Positions 1-13,299 are shown, numbered from the stretch's first letter. The stretch: 64,000 bases of DNA from Basidiobolus meristosporus CBS 931.73 (GCA_002104905.1 MCFE01000005.1:215784-279783); one strand, 5' to 3'. Notes: a model not told the origin generated them from the sequence alone. Numbers and translations: made by a program.

Positions 1-543
1 AAGGGGCTCTCGCCGTACGACGCAATGTGGACCGAGGCTGTCGGGAATCTGATCATCTCGTTAATGGGTACAGTGCCAGGCTATTGGTTCACCGTATTCC
101 TTATCGAGCGCATGGGTCGTATTAAGATTCAGTTGATGGGCTTCGCCTGTCTGACCATCATCTTCATCATTCTCTCCGCTGGGTTCTATAAGATTCGCGA
201 TACTGCGGTGGCGCTATTTATTGCCCTTTTCACACTTGCCCAATTCTTCTTCAACTTCGGCCCCAACACCACGACCTTTGTTCTCCCCTCTGAGGTATTT
301 CCCACCCGGTTCCGCTCCACTGCTCACGGGATCTCTGCCGCTTCCGGTAAGCTTGGAGCAATCATTGCTACATTTGGGTTCAACCAGCTGGTTGAGATTG
401 GTGGCAAGGATGGGGATCATGCTTTCCTTCCCCAGACTCTTGGCATCTTTGCTGGGATCATGTTCCTTGGACTCCTGTCAACCTTCTGGGTTCCTGAAAC
501 CAAGGGCAAATCTCTGGAGGAAATCTCCGGTGAAAACAATTAG
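1..543 (+). CDS. PHO84: High-affinity inorganic phosphate:H+ symporter (MFS), C-terminal part; gene begins before the window
   Basis: Frame open from base 1. Motifs GTVPGYWFTVFLIERMGR, QFFFNFGPNTTTFVLPSEVFPTRFRSTAHGISAASGKLGA and PETKGKSLEE are typical of the Pho84/PHT1 family. Confidence 0.92.
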   Translation, partial: KGLSPYDAMWTEAVGNLIISLMGTVPGYWFTVFLIERMGRIKIQLMGFACLTIIFIILSAGFYKIRDTAVALFIALFTLAQFFFNFGPNTTTFVLPSEVFPTRFRSTAHGISAASGKLGAIIATFGFNQLVEIGGKDGDHAFLPQTLGIFAGIMFLGLLSTFWVPETKGKSLEEISGENN

Positions 544-1368
544 AACACCTATACAATATCTAGTCTATCCACAAACATTTTCCAATAAACATACAAGCAA
601 TGATCCGATTGTATGGCATTAAGTGCTGTGAAGATTTGATCCTCGATATGGTCGGGTTGCCTTGTGGTTACTTCAATACTTCACAACTCATCAGAATATG
701 GCATCTGGACAGCCAAAATTTGATGGGTTGCACCAAGACTTGGACAGTATTAGTGCTGGTCGCCTGTGAAACATTGGCATTTGTCGTACCAATGTAGCTC
801 ACCCATTAACATCTATATAAAACGTAACGTCGTCAAATGGAATCAGGCCACTTACTACAGCAGATCTGGACGAATGTAAACCCCATCATTCATGATAGCA
901 CCCACAGATTCAAACAGCACAACAGTCCATCATCACTGCCCCTCTTGAAATCAACCAAAAAGTAAACCATCATTAATCACCATTCCGATTTACGTGATGA
1001 TTTCCGCTAGGAATGTAAGTTTCAATTCTTCCAAGAAGATCAGCCACCCATATATAGCACCGGCGACAAAGTGATTATGGTCGAATACCAGTACGTGGAT
1101 GTTCCATTCGGCATCCACCCACTCGCCCAGAAATGTTGAGCCTGTCTGATTCATGCACATTCATTATTTTACTTCAGATTTCCGCGGCTCTTGGTTAGAT
1201 TTCCCCCCCCCCGGAAACTCTGGTTGGCATGGTTGGGATCAGAAAGCTGCGTGCCAAACAGAAATCAGGATAAGTTGATGTAAGCGGCATACGTATTTGA
1301 AACACCGATATTTATTTGGGATACAGCTGGCGTTCAGCAACAGTAAACAAGCTAACTAACTGCATTAG

Positions 1369-1450
1369 TGCAGCAGGAACATCTGGCTCAACAGTCAGTT
1401 GAGCAATTGTGCAGCAGGAATAGTCTGGTTCAACAGTCAATTGGGTAGTT
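1369..1450. repeat. Two-copy imperfect tandem repeat, about 41 bp unit
   Basis: GTGCAGCAGGAACATCTGGCTCAACAGTCAGTTGAGCAATT is followed by GTGCAGCAGGAATAGTCTGGTTCAACAGTCAATTGGGTAGTT. Confidence 0.6.
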
Positions 1451-2067
1451 GGGTTCTACCAACCAGCGGGGCTTATCATCGAAACTTCAGGGGCATCTCT
1501 CATGATTACAACAAATGTGTCCGTGTTTGTACCTGTGACGCTAGTAAAGCGAGTCGATCTTACGGTACGTCATCCAAATTGTCAGCGGAGAGAAGGTAAC
1601 TTCGCTAGAAAACGGCCACCTAACTGCATCCAACTTGTATGGTTGGTTGCATATCACATGGCCACCATGGCTTCCAAGTGATACAACTCTGCTAGTTGAG
1701 GCGCAATTGTCATGCATCCCAAGATTTAGATGACCGAAGGGCCCTTAATTTCGAGAGTGAACCCCACCATTGGACCAATCCCAAAAATGGAAAGGGCTCA
1801 TCTAAGCAAAGAAGAAATTTCCATAAAAGAAGCTTTGTTCACTCATCGCACACGATACGTGTTAATTTAGCTGCATCTACTCCTATTTGCCAACCTCTTT
1901 CTGAAACTTCACCGCAAGTTTCATCGAATAGCTACCCATTAAGAGGCTCAACAATTCCGGAGTGCATTCTCCTAGATAGAGCAACCAACTCGACCGGCCA
2001 CTAACTTCGTTCGCCCTTCAGCGGTACCCGCCCAACCATAATACTGTAACATATCTTCGTAGTAAGG

Positions 2068-4599
2068 ATGATTGAGGAATTTGTGGATACCCAGTTCCCT
2101 TCCACTTATTATAATCCCATCACCCCGACAACCTTGCTTAACCCTGAGGTTGCCTCGTTGATTACCACTGTTTCCACGGCTACTCGGATTTCCTTGAGGC
2201 TTGCCTCCATCATAACCGAGGCTATCTTCGAGTCTCTAAAATACAGCACTGCCACGTCGATGGATTTAAGTAAGCGGGCTTTAATTTCCGCCATCTCGGC
2301 AGCCAAAACCTTACATTCATCCAAGCTGCTCGGAAGCAATGAGATACGGGATTCTATCAGGTACGTACGAGCCTGTCTTGCTAATGTGGGAATGGGAACT
2401 AACCTTCAGTTCAGTCAAGCTTATTACAAAGCTCTTGATGGGTACACCAGCCTGGGCATTTACCTCATCAATAACACCTTCAGTCTGGCGGAGCTGTTTA
2501 TTCATACCGGGTTTCATTTGACCTCGAAGACCGTCAAGACCGGCATCAGCGTACGTACCGGCTTATTTCACTAGACATTTTACTTGAGATTCACCCTTTG
2601 TTTGTGTTTGTAGGCTGCTGAAGAGTCGGTACGTATCATCGACGGACTGTTCGGTTCCACCGATACTTCACGTGCCTTGGCAGCAATCGTCGCCTTGGTG
2701 AAGCGGGAGGTTTATGAAGACGAGGACTTTCACTTGGCAAAGTTGGGAAACATCGTTGTCCTTAGGGCCATCACGAAAGCAATGGTCGCGTTTGCTTGTT
2801 TGCAAAGCGTCACCCATATAAGATCCTCTAGTACGGTCAGGCTTGTCTTGATGTATGAGAACACAGTAAGTGTGGAAGGTCAGGCACTTACGAGGACTCG
2901 AAAGCGTAATTGCACTGGTCATGGATGGCCTAGAAAGTCCTCGGGCAAAGAGCTCAAACTTGAGTCGGCCACCTCCACTTACATCGCTCAGGAAACGACG
3001 GTCAGGGATTTTTCTTGGGAGTACGACTCCACTGTAAGCATGGAGCAAAATCGTTCAACTTCCCATGAATCCCTCGACTCCGGGGAAAACACCGCCAACT
3101 TCAACCCACAATCTAAAACCAACAAGGGCCACGCAGAGGAAAACGACTTGAAGCGAAGCAGTAGTTTCTACAAAGTGTTCCAAACCATTAACCACCGGGT
3201 GACACATCGTAAAAGCATCACCTTCAATGGAGAGTCCAAAAGCAACGACGATCCCGTGGGCCATGAGTCTAGGCCAGATCCACACAACCTGGCCGACCCA
3301 GAAACCAACCGCCAGATCCTCTCCTACTCCTGCGACTGCGGAAAAGAACATGCAGACAGCAACAGTGCTGGTGGATTCGCGATTCAAAATTTCCCGCAAA
3401 GACCGTTGATCAGAAACGTGTCAAGGTTCATTCGGTACGCTTCGGCGTCGTACGGCAAGAATTTCATGAAAATCCTTGGGATCGGTGTTTTGGATGACAT
3501 TTTACATCAGGACTCTAAGTACCATCCCAACCACTACGCATTCGCCAAGCACACCTCGCTTCCATTGGAGTCTATTCTGCTCTCGTCCTTCACCAACGTC
3601 TCATCCTTGAGCTCGCATCGACTCCATAATTTGGTTCACTACGTGGCCGTAGATCACTCCATCAATGCCATCGTGTTGACCTGCCGTGGTACACTCGGGT
3701 TGTCGGACGTGCTTACCGATTTGACATGCGACTATGCGGAGATGCATGTTTGGGGGAAACGGCATCTAGCGCACGCGGGAATGTTGCAAAGCGCCCGGAT
3801 ACTGGCATCGGTCAGAAGTGAAGTCCATCGAACCATTCTTCAGGCTTTGATCGACCATCCCAATTACGGCTTGGTGTTGTGTGGCCACTCATTGGGAGGT
3901 GGTGTTGCTGCACTCTTGTCTATACTGTGGTCAGTCAAGGTACCGTCACACTCATTAATCGAGGAGAATTGCTTTGTGACATCCTCGGGATCTGGGTTGC
4001 CACCTGGCCGCGTGGTTCACTGCTTCACCTACGGCTCGCCATGCGTGGTGTCCCTCAATCTCTCCAAGGAGTGCTCGGGGTTGGTGACCAGTATCGTCAA
4101 TCACTATGATATTGTCCCTTGCCTCAGTCTTGGCTTGCTAAAAGACTTCAAGAACGTGGCAATGTCCCTGTACGAAGAAGGGCAGATTGCGGACCAGATC
4201 ATCTCCAGTGTCCTTGGAATCCATACTGGAGACAGTATTTACTCGAATATCAGTCGGAAAAACTCGGATCCTTTGGCAGGGGATCCGGACAGAGATTGGT
4301 TTTGGAGTCTGATCAAAACCATGCGCGCAGATATGTCTTCCGAAAAGCTCTACCCACCTGGAGTCCTGTACTTGCTAGATACAAAGCCCACCTTGGATGT
4401 TGGTCCATCCCAACCGGCTATCCCAGCCACCAGAGTAACGATGCATCGTTGCGAAAACGTGGAGGATCGTTTTTCGGAGATCTTGTTTTCCAAATCTATG
4501 TTATTAGATCATTCGCCTCGCAGTTATGAAGATACCATTGCCCTGTTGGTTCGTGGTCTAGGTGAGCTAAACACCGACCCTACTGAGATCCTTCGGTGA
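2068..4599 (+). CDS. Lipase class 3 (diacylglycerol-lipase-like) protein, multi-exon
   Basis: ORFs 2068-2574 and 2677-4599 are joined by GT-AG introns near 2361 and 2551. Motifs LTCRGTLGLSDVLTDL, HAGML, lipase box CGHSLGGG and VNHYDIVPCL are present. Confidence 0.85.
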
Positions 4600-4986
4600 A
4601 GCTTGGATAGTCGCAACTCCATTTTTGTAGCTTAGCCTATCTCTCCATGAGACATTATATATATATAACCGAGTGCATTCATCACACCAAACGAATAATC
4701 CCTTGGAATGCACACATGTTAATATGATTCTGGATGTCCTGTCTATATCCAACATCTCACTGTACTAACAACACATACTCTTGGGGTGGATTTCTCCTGA
4801 TATTCAGTAAACAACTTGCAAACCCTATTGAAGTTCATGATTTGGTTCTGTTATATATTGCCATTGTGTATGCTTATGTATGGTAATCATCGTAACAGGG
4901 TTTATACAGTAGCTCAGTGGTTCGTGTATGCGATTCCGACCATTGTGAGAATAGATATGGAAGTGGGTACTTTGTAGATTTCTGCT

Positions 4987-7900
4987 TCAGGAAAGATTCT
5001 TGTCAACTCCATTAGTCTGCCTTCTCTTTGGGCAGATGCAAACCCTTTCAAGGTAGCTGGGATTTGCGGTAAGAACCTTCATGGCTAATAAGGCTGCTTC
5101 TTTTCTCGCCATTCGTACCACCACGCCAGTACCGCTTGCCACCAAAGTATCGTGAATAAAGATTTCGCACTTCTGCGAGTTGAAACTTTCGTCCTTGATC
5201 GTGGCGTTTCTAGATGATTCAAGAAGTGAATAAGCCTTCCGGACAAACCTGAAAATCGAGCAAACTCACCTTAGAGTTAACATCGTGCACCCCAGCTTCT
5301 GAACCATGATGGTCAGTTGGACCACCGGATGTATCTCTACTATATCCGGCCGGATATCCTTCTCAAGGATGGGCTTGATATGTTGCTCGAATATGGCTTG
5401 TACTGCGGACATCTCGAATCCTGAATCAACAAACACTGCCCCGAAGAGAGACTCCATCAGATCTGCAACCGCTTTCGGTGGATTGAGTTTGAGCCAGTAT
5501 TGGTGAGGCTGGTTTTGCTTGGTCTGCTGCATCTTCTCCATCTGATCTATGAACTCCATAAGGTTGGAGGATAACGCGCTTGATGAATGGATCAAATGCT
5601 GATGCAAACCAAGGGAATGGGAAATGAACGAGAGGAAATTGTTGCTCACGGATGCCCCCTTGAGCTCGGTGATGTTAGCTGGTTTAAGGCCCGGATATCT
5701 TTCAAATAGGTAGCTGACTACCAAAAAGTCCAACACCGCATCTCCAAGGAACTCCAGCCTTTGATAACATGAGGTGTTGGGGTTAGGACAAGATGGGTGA
5801 GTGAAAGCCTCATATAAAAGCCGTTTGTTCCGAAAGTTGTAGTTGATCGAGCTTTCAATTGCCTCGATGTCTAGATAAAGAAACTCGGCTTCATCACAGG
5901 TGGGACTAGGAGAAATGGCATTGTTTAGTGTAGCAAATTCTTTCCAATGCTTTATCTCTGGAAATGGTATCATCATCTTGATAGCACAATCTAGCGCAGA
6001 CTCCACTCCTTGTGATAAGTAACAAGCTCCTAGACTAGCCTCCACAATGTCAGCCAACGTTTTGTCTGAAAGACTATGCTTAAAAGAGCGCCCCGATTCA
6101 AGAGGCTCATCTTCCATGGTGAAGTTCGGCGGTAGCCAATGCTTTCTGTTGAACGGAGTTGAGGTTACGTATCTGTAAAGCTCCAACTTGACTGCATTAC
6201 GGTACAGTGCAGAATTCGATATGCTTTTTATTCGTCGGATGTGTAATTGGCCTTCTTGCTTGAATGGAAGTATGAGATACATACGAATACTAACGCAGAG
6301 CTTGAGGAAAGAATCCCCAAGAATCTCGAGACGCTCGTAATTCGTATCCAAATTGGCTGACGGAATCGAAAATGCCTCCATGAATAGCATGTCGTCCACA
6401 TCGAGATTTAGGTTTTCCTTTAACTCTCGCACCAACAGGATCGACTCGATTCGCGTTAGGACGGATGGAAGGAACATGGCAGCACGGTAGAGACTGGCCG
6501 AGATTGATAGCTTGCTTGCGAACTCCGGGATGATGTAGTTGTAAGAGGTTTGTTTGACCTTAGGTGTTGCAGTAATAATGGGACTGAGGAAATTCAATGC
6601 TTTGGGAACCTCTTCCACTTCAAAAATTGGCTGTTTCCAGTCAATGATAGTTTTTTTACATTTCTTCTCGAAAAAGTCAGCAATGTGAGAGCACTCCGAT
6701 GCTTCTATTGGGACACTTTGGCTGGGGGAAATTTTGGACTCTGGGGAAAGATCCCAACGGACACTCTTCAAGAAATAGCGCCTTTGGTAATCGTACTCGT
6801 CCACGATAATGATGTCGCGATCAACGTTGTGATTAATCGGTAGCAGTTCACTTGATGCACCTGTGTAAGCTTCATCCCAATCTATGCTTGAGGGGTCCGC
6901 TACGCTCGAAGGTGCAATGAAATATTGAAAATCTGCTGAGGAATGCCATATTTTTTTGCGGACCAGAGACGAAAATAGATTTGATGTATACTTCGCTAAA
7001 CACTCGATCTGGCCTTCACTGAGCTTGACCGGCTCATTGTCGCAATTGATGTGCACGCATTGCGGGGCCCCTTTGACGTAAATATTGAAAGGTGGTACAG
7101 TGAGCGGCTTTCCCCGAGTGATAATACTGAAGGATCTTAACTCTTCACTTGAGGCATTATTTACCCTCACCACGGACTTGTAGAACAGACTATTGTTGCT
7201 CGATGGCTGATATATGCTCCAGAAATCGGAAGCTTTTCCGGGATAGTCCTGCCTAGATTTGCCAGATCCCTCGTTACCCTGAATCTCCTCATCATCACCC
7301 TCGTCGCCATCATCTATATTTTGGTTTGCTGGTAACAAACGATTATCCAAAGCCCCCAATTCGTGCAACCGAATGCAAGCCTTCAAAGCAGCCGATTGCT
7401 TTGCTAGTCGTTTCGATGGGGAAAAATCGCCAGTAACCTCCTTGACTGGCGACTCCCGGGGTAGTATAAGCCTGCACACAAAGCCGTTTCCTTCACCAGA
7501 TATTTGGAATATGGGCGTCGAGTTGGAGTATGAATCTTTCAGCAAAAGAGAGCAAAAGTAATGGATCAAGGCCACTGAAGAATTTAGAGAACAAACGGCC
7601 CCGGTCTCAGGACTAACGTACATGGTTTGCCTAGACTCTATCTCAGCGGCACATGTCTCTGAGACTGTAATTTTAGCTTTTGAGTTCTCCAGACACCAGC
7701 TCTTCATCTCTTCCTCAGCCGTCCGTATCTCATAATATAGTTTTCCCTGTTTGACATTCCCCCTCTCCAACATAAGGATATATTTGGAGTTCTTCTGGCG
7801 TGCACGTCCGCGAGATTGAATATAGCTAGTGAGGTTGTGAAAGAAATCAAACCTACAAGGTCGGATTAATTGACATTAATCATTGGGATTGCATAATCTT

Positions 7901-9417
7901 ACTGGCGAGTACCTTATCACCAAATTGCATGGCTGGATATCTAAGCCCTCCTCTGCTACGCTGGTTGCAATGAGTAAGTTTAGCTCCCCACATCTAAAAT
8001 CCTCGATGGTCTGATTCTGTTCTTTGAACTTCATTCGGATATCACCACGTTCAGAGTTACCATGACCAATAAGGATCCCAGGCCTCAAAAACCCAAACCC
8101 AGGGGTCTCACTAATCAACCTGTTTAAAGCGTACGCCGTGAATCTTTTCTCAACGAAAATGATGCCGCAAAAGGTTTGAGGTGACTTCTCATAGAAACGC
8201 AAGAGTTCGATGAGCTTAAGCACCTTGGGCGACATGAACTCGGGAGATAATTTTAATTCATCACGCCGATGTGCCTCCAGAATCCTAAATGATTTCGTGA
8301 TGACCAATTGCTCAAACTCTGCTTTGATATTTGGGTTCATTTGTAGAGAACGGCCAAGCTTTTCTTGGGTAGTGGTTAACATATACTCCCATATCTGATC
8401 TGAGCACCAGGGGCCTAGCTCATGCAGCACCAGGTCTGCAACGCCAAACGCCTTCTCCAAAAGCTTGGTATTTAGATCCTCTTTAAACGACTGGTAGAGT
8501 GGTGTGTGTTCGTAATTAGGGGATTCGTTGTATTTTATAAAATACTCCTTGGGTCGACTAATGAAATTCTGTATCTCTGTTTCGTCAACCGTAATTATCG
8601 TGCTCGCTAAGTTCGCCTCCAAAGAACTACTCATACAACGGTTACCTTCGGAACAATGCCCCTTCTTACCAAAAAATAGAGATACCTTGCACTAAAGCTC
8701 ACTCCCGTTTTGGAACTATTGGGTGAGGCGGTCATTCCGAATATCCTGGGGCGCTCGTTTCGTGAGGAGCGATCGTAAAATTCTCTCATTATTAAGTTGT
8801 ATGGATGTTGCTTTTTCGCATGGTGACATTCATCGAACACTAATAGATTTATCTGTGCAACAACAAAAAGCCGCAACCGGTAAGTAAGAGTGCGTGTCTT
8901 TTAGCTATAAGTACGTAAATACTTTTTTCATGGAAATGAAACCGTGTCGTAAGACATTCAGCAGCACCTGAGCAGTCATGACCATAACCTCAGTATCAAG
9001 AAATTCCTGCTTCCACTTCTCCGTATTCCAACTATCTGACTTTAACTCGCCGCAATATTGTTTTACTTTGACAGATAGATTGTCGGCCAGCACCGCTGCT
9101 TGCTGTGTCACCAACGGAACCAAATTCACCAAAAAAACCGTGATCCTTTTCTGTTGACTGGCATTACCAAACCAAGCTCATGGCGATTGCGCAAACTGCT
9201 AATAGAAAGCACTTACATCTTCGTTTAGCCGACGATATTCTTGTTCTGTCTGAAGCATATGCTTTATGATTAATACTGATATCAGAGTTTTGCCTGTTCC
9301 CGTGTCAAGGACCGCAATCACATTTCTGGACAAAGCCCCTTGAAATATATCGAGTTGGTACTGGCGTGGCTTGAAGACGAGCCCATCTTGAGACGTGGCG
9401 ACTTCCTCTGAAGACAT
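4987..9417 (-). CDS. DCL: Dicer-like ribonuclease III (DExD/H helicase, Dicer dimerisation domain, PAZ-like, two RNase III domains, dsRBD), multi-exon
   Basis: Helicase motifs PRQYQ, DTGTGKT, DECHH, GMTASP and [19 protein letters not shown]; RNase III signatures [13 protein letters not shown] and [13 protein letters not shown]. The last exon (read by hand, about 5210 to 4987) encodes a dsRBD-like segment ending [20 protein letters not shown]. Start at ATG 9417 is tentative. Confidence 0.95.
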
Positions 9418-9740
9418 GCCAACTTGAGAAGTCACCAATATCGTAAGTTGGGCATTGACAAGGGTTGAAGCAGCCAATATAGCTAATATCAACACAATCA
9501 CTGATTGTTAATTCAGACGATATCTTTGATGGAGAAACATACAATCAGAGAGATAAATTAATCATCTTTTGACATGCATTGAAGGACAAAGAGTGCATGT
9601 AGCCATGAATTGGTAGTTTGTTCGATTGAAATTGAATCTCGATATGCAAGATCCAGGCTATTTTTTTACTTTTTTTCAAATGCCTAAGTTTCTCTACATA
9701 TCCAAACTACCCAAGCTCCGCTGGTAAAGTGAGGGAAATC

Positions 9741-10556
9741 ATGTCAGGTGCCAAAACGCAAACAGTAGATTTGGAGGATCTTCCTTTACAATCACTTCAG
9801 CAAGTCAAGAGCCAGCTTGAGGAGGTATCTGCAACTATCTCGGTCGTCCGTGCTCTCACCTTCATCTTTTAACCAACCACCTGATTGTCGTAACCAAAAG
9901 GAACTTTCCCAACTTACCTCTTCGTACTCGCAACTCAAGCAAGCCCAATCCACATTCAGAGATTGTAAGGAGTGTGTAGAAACCTTGAAGCCTGAAAACT
10001 CGGGTACGACAATTACCAGCGAACGATGCCCCCGATCGGGACTAATTCTCTCATTACAACAGGAAAAACCATCCTCATCCCCTTGACCAACTCTATATCC
10101 TTTTTTACTGATAATTAGGAGAGCGGGATTCTCTATCTCCATATAGGGTTTATTATTCACCTTAATTCGCAACTTACCTCTATGTTCCAGGAACTCTCGG
10201 AAATGTTTCAAACGTAATTATCGATGTGGGAACTGGATACTACGTTGAGAAGGTAGGCATCAACCCGAAATGAATCCCTTCACACACCACGGCTCATATG
10301 TTTGATTCTTTCAGTCCACCCAAGATGCCCATAGCTTCTATCAGGGCAAGGTTGATTACCTCCAAAACAACCTCGACAAACTCCAGGAAACCGTCACAGG
10401 CAAACAAAACAACCTGCGAGGTATTGTCATCTAATCCAGCCCACTCAGGCCTAGCATTCACATCCTTTTCCTTTTTCTTTCACAGTGCTTGTTGATGTCA
10501 TGAATTCCAAAATATCCAAGCTTCAAGCCGAAAAGGAAGCTACCAAATCCTCTTGA
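9741..10556 (+). CDS. GIM5: Prefoldin subunit 5, five exons including one AT-AC intron
   Basis: Hand-spliced translation: MSGAKTQTVDLEDLPLQSLQQVKSQLEE-ELSQLTSSYSQLKQAQSTFRDCKECVETLKPENS-GKTILIPLTNS-LYVPGTLGNVSNVIIDVGTGYYVEK-STQDAHSFYQGKVDYLQNNL...; the PLTxSLYVPG and IIDVGTGYYVEK motifs are typical of PFDN5. Confidence 0.92.
10095..10177 (+). other. U12-type (minor spliceosome) AT-AC intron, 83 nt
   Basis: 5' site ATATCCTTTT, branch-like CACCTTAAT about 12 nt before the terminal AC. Removal joins ...PLTNS to LYVPG... in frame. Confidence 0.9.
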
Positions 10557-10882
10557 GAATTTATTAGCATGGAATAAACAATTCAGTTCAAACCAGATTC
10601 CACCCATTTTGTTAGCATTTTAAGCAAGAAAACAAACCAGGCTTAGGATTCCAATGGCCGAGAAAAATCATTTCGATCACTGTGGCATGGGGCCAATCAG
10701 GAATCCCGATGCCGCTCCCCCTTGCAAAACGAAGGGAATCAACGGATTCCGAATGGAAAGGAATTTTTTTTTCGGAAATCTAGCCATAGGGGTGGAATAA
10801 AGTACACGACGTTGTTGAGAGATTTCTTCCTCTTTTCCTAGTTTTTGAGTTCCTTCGTGGTTCAAGGTTTGAGACAAGAAAA

Positions 10883-11349
10883 ATGGTTAGTAGTGTTCAT
10901 CGATATAGATTCCCCATGCATCCTTCCCAACTAACCTCCTCTCTACCATCCAGGCCGACGCCACCGTTACTATTCGTACTCGCAAATTCTTGACCAACCG
11001 ACTCTTGCAACGCAAGCAGTTCGTTGTTGACATCTTGCACCCTGGTAAGGCCAACATCAGCAAGGATGAGCTCCGCGAGAAGCTCGCCAAGATGTACAAA
11101 TCCGATAAGGAGAACGTCTTCTGCTTCGGTTTCCGTACCGTTTTCGGTGGAGGTAAATCTACCGGCTTCGCTTTGATCTACGACTCCTTGGACTCCGCCA
11201 AGAAGTTCGAGCCTAAGTACCGCCTTGTTCGTCACGGCCTTGGCGAGCACGGTATCACCTCCCGTAAGCAACGTAAGGAACGTAAGAACCGTCTCAAGAA
11301 GTTCCGTGGTACCGCCAAGACCAAGGGACCTAAGACCAAGTCTGAATAA
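10883..11349 (+). CDS. RPS24: 40S ribosomal protein S24 (eS24)
   Basis: ATG at 10883, intron 10886-10953, then [34 protein letters not shown]...[20 protein letters not shown]...KYRLVRHG. Confidence 0.97.
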
Positions 11350-11505
11350 ATGTTTCCTTGATGACCAATGGGGACTCTTCCATGTTGAAGTATTATTAAT
11401 CACGCGGAACCATTGTTTGTTCATACTTTACTCAAAAATAAATTGTCAAGTAACCATCAACCGGTGTTGCTCTAATTGTTTGTTCTTTATTTGACAGTAA
11501 AATGA

Positions 11506-13075
11506 TCACTCTTGACTAGCATTGAAAAGGATGCACCTCATGAGCTCCGCGATCACCCAGACGTTTAGGCTGTTTCCTAGCAGTCGGTAGCGTTGCTTGG
11601 TGCTAATGGATTCGGGAAACTCGAGGAGGGGTGGTTGGGTGCAGGGGGAAAATGGTCTGGGTGCACTGTTGCTGTCTGCTGGTGTCTTGCTATCATCTGA
11701 ACACTGTACTGGGAACGCGTGTAACTTGGCAATCTCCAGAGGACTAAAGAATCGCAGCCCAAGGTCTAGTAAGCTCGCGGGGTTTTCCCAATCATAGTCC
11801 GTGAACTGCAGGAGGGAATGATTAGTACGTGTCGAAGCATATGGGAGATCGAGAAAAATTACTTGTAATTTTCTGGTCTGTAGCAAGGAGCCACTTCGAT
11901 ACACATGTCGACTTCCATAGCCCTAGAGGGATTGTCATTTAGGAACAGTGGTGGTGAGGTGGGTCCCAATATACATTACTTTTGTGAAACATGAGCACCG
12001 CACATCACTGGGCCGGACAATGTCAAATCGGAAGGAGGCCGTTTTTGTTATGTACTTCTCGGGCACTTGGTATGTTTGCCAGAGATCTCCCATCCTCCAG
12101 GTAGCTCTCTAATGTGGGTAGTTCGAATAGGTAGTCCTCTGTGTTGAGTTCCGAAAAGGCGCCGCTCAACCGTAGCTGGTTTTTTTCCTTCTCCTCAGTG
12201 AAGGGCCATGTGGTGAAGATCTGACAGGTGTCTATGTATTTTTCTTTGTCGGAGTCGATCTTTGCCGACGAGGGCTTTCGACGGGCCATCAAGTAGTACC
12301 GGAGTCGATCATTTGGGATGCCGAATTGGAGAGGAGTCAACAAGCATTCGTGGATTTCATAATCCAGGTCGTCGAGACAGTTGACTAGTCGTTCTCTGGA
12401 ACGGGAATACTCGAAATTTTTCACGTTCTCGAGAAACAGATATTTGGGTGGGCAGTCCAGCTCGGGGAGTAGATCGATCAAATGCAGAAGCCCCTTGGCG
12501 CGCTCGTCCTGGTCGTCGAGTGATTTCCGCCTCGCGTATAGGGCTTGATATCGAGAAGGTTACTACATCGAACAATACTGAAGTTCACGCAAATCTAAAC
12601 CGACAGTACCTGACAAGGAGGACTCAACAGCCAACAGTTCGCCTGGTACCTGTCGAATATTGTTAGAAGGGCTCCGACTTCGTTTGGAAAATCTCTCGAA
12701 CGAGCCTTACTTTTGGATGTCAGCTACACTTAAAAATTCAATTCCTCTCTGTATGGCGGTAAAAGGGAATGTTACTGAAACTGGGCCGCAAAAAAGGCAG
12801 GTGAACATTGACGTGTACTGTAACAGGGGCCTTCTTGAAGTTGTATAGGTAAACTTCATTCGCCACTTCGTTCATATCAAAACTAGCCACCACCTCGCCA
12901 GAACCACCAGCAGCAATGAATGCATAATGCTAATAACAAATATACAAACCATTAGCATTGTCATATAGGCATCATGTAAGAGAGACTTTTGAGATTTCAA
13001 TCCAATGAGTCTCCGACATACCAGTCCACCGATTCCGCTAAAAAACTCCAAGCATCTGACTTCGTCTTGCGCCAT
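11506..13075 (-). CDS. DNMT2: DNMT2-family tRNA (cytosine-38-C5) methyltransferase, multi-exon; apparent 1-bp frameshift near 12525
   Basis: Motif I LEFFSGIGG, motif IV LLSPPCQPYTR, motif VI FLENVKNF, motif VIII QFGIPNDRLRYY, LRFFSPLEIA and motif X YRLLGNSLNV. Confidence 0.9.
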
Positions 13076-13299
13076 TTCTAGCTTGACTTGAGCGTTTATT
13101 TTGACAGGATTACCAGCGGCGACCTCTACCGGGAAAATTCATCGAGTAAGAAAAAAATCAATTTCGATCCGTTGCACCTTGGTTCACCGAACGCACAAAT
13201 TTCCAAGCGATGGGCCAATTTATCAAAAATTCCCTAAAATGACATCTATGCAATTTGAAGGCTTTGTCAAGTTCGCTTTGCGTTTGGATACATATACAC

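Noticed and set aside
7770-7790. ATATCCTT on the minus strand as a further U12 donor; similar hits near 36368, 42075 and 52760
   Set aside because: These lie in coding sequence (Dicer NSKYILMLE), at a U2 acceptor, on the non-coding strand, or inside a U2 intron.
10897-11424. Long antisense ORFs over RPS24, and similar ones over RPL40 (38267-38683) and TIF34 (21432-21884)
   Set aside because: They are typical shadows of strongly codon-biased, highly expressed genes and show no recognisable motifs.
4987-13075. Dicer plus DNMT2 as a silencing gene cluster
   Set aside because: They are separated by prefoldin and RPS24, DNMT2 is a tRNA methyltransferase, and adjacency in a gene-dense region is unremarkable.
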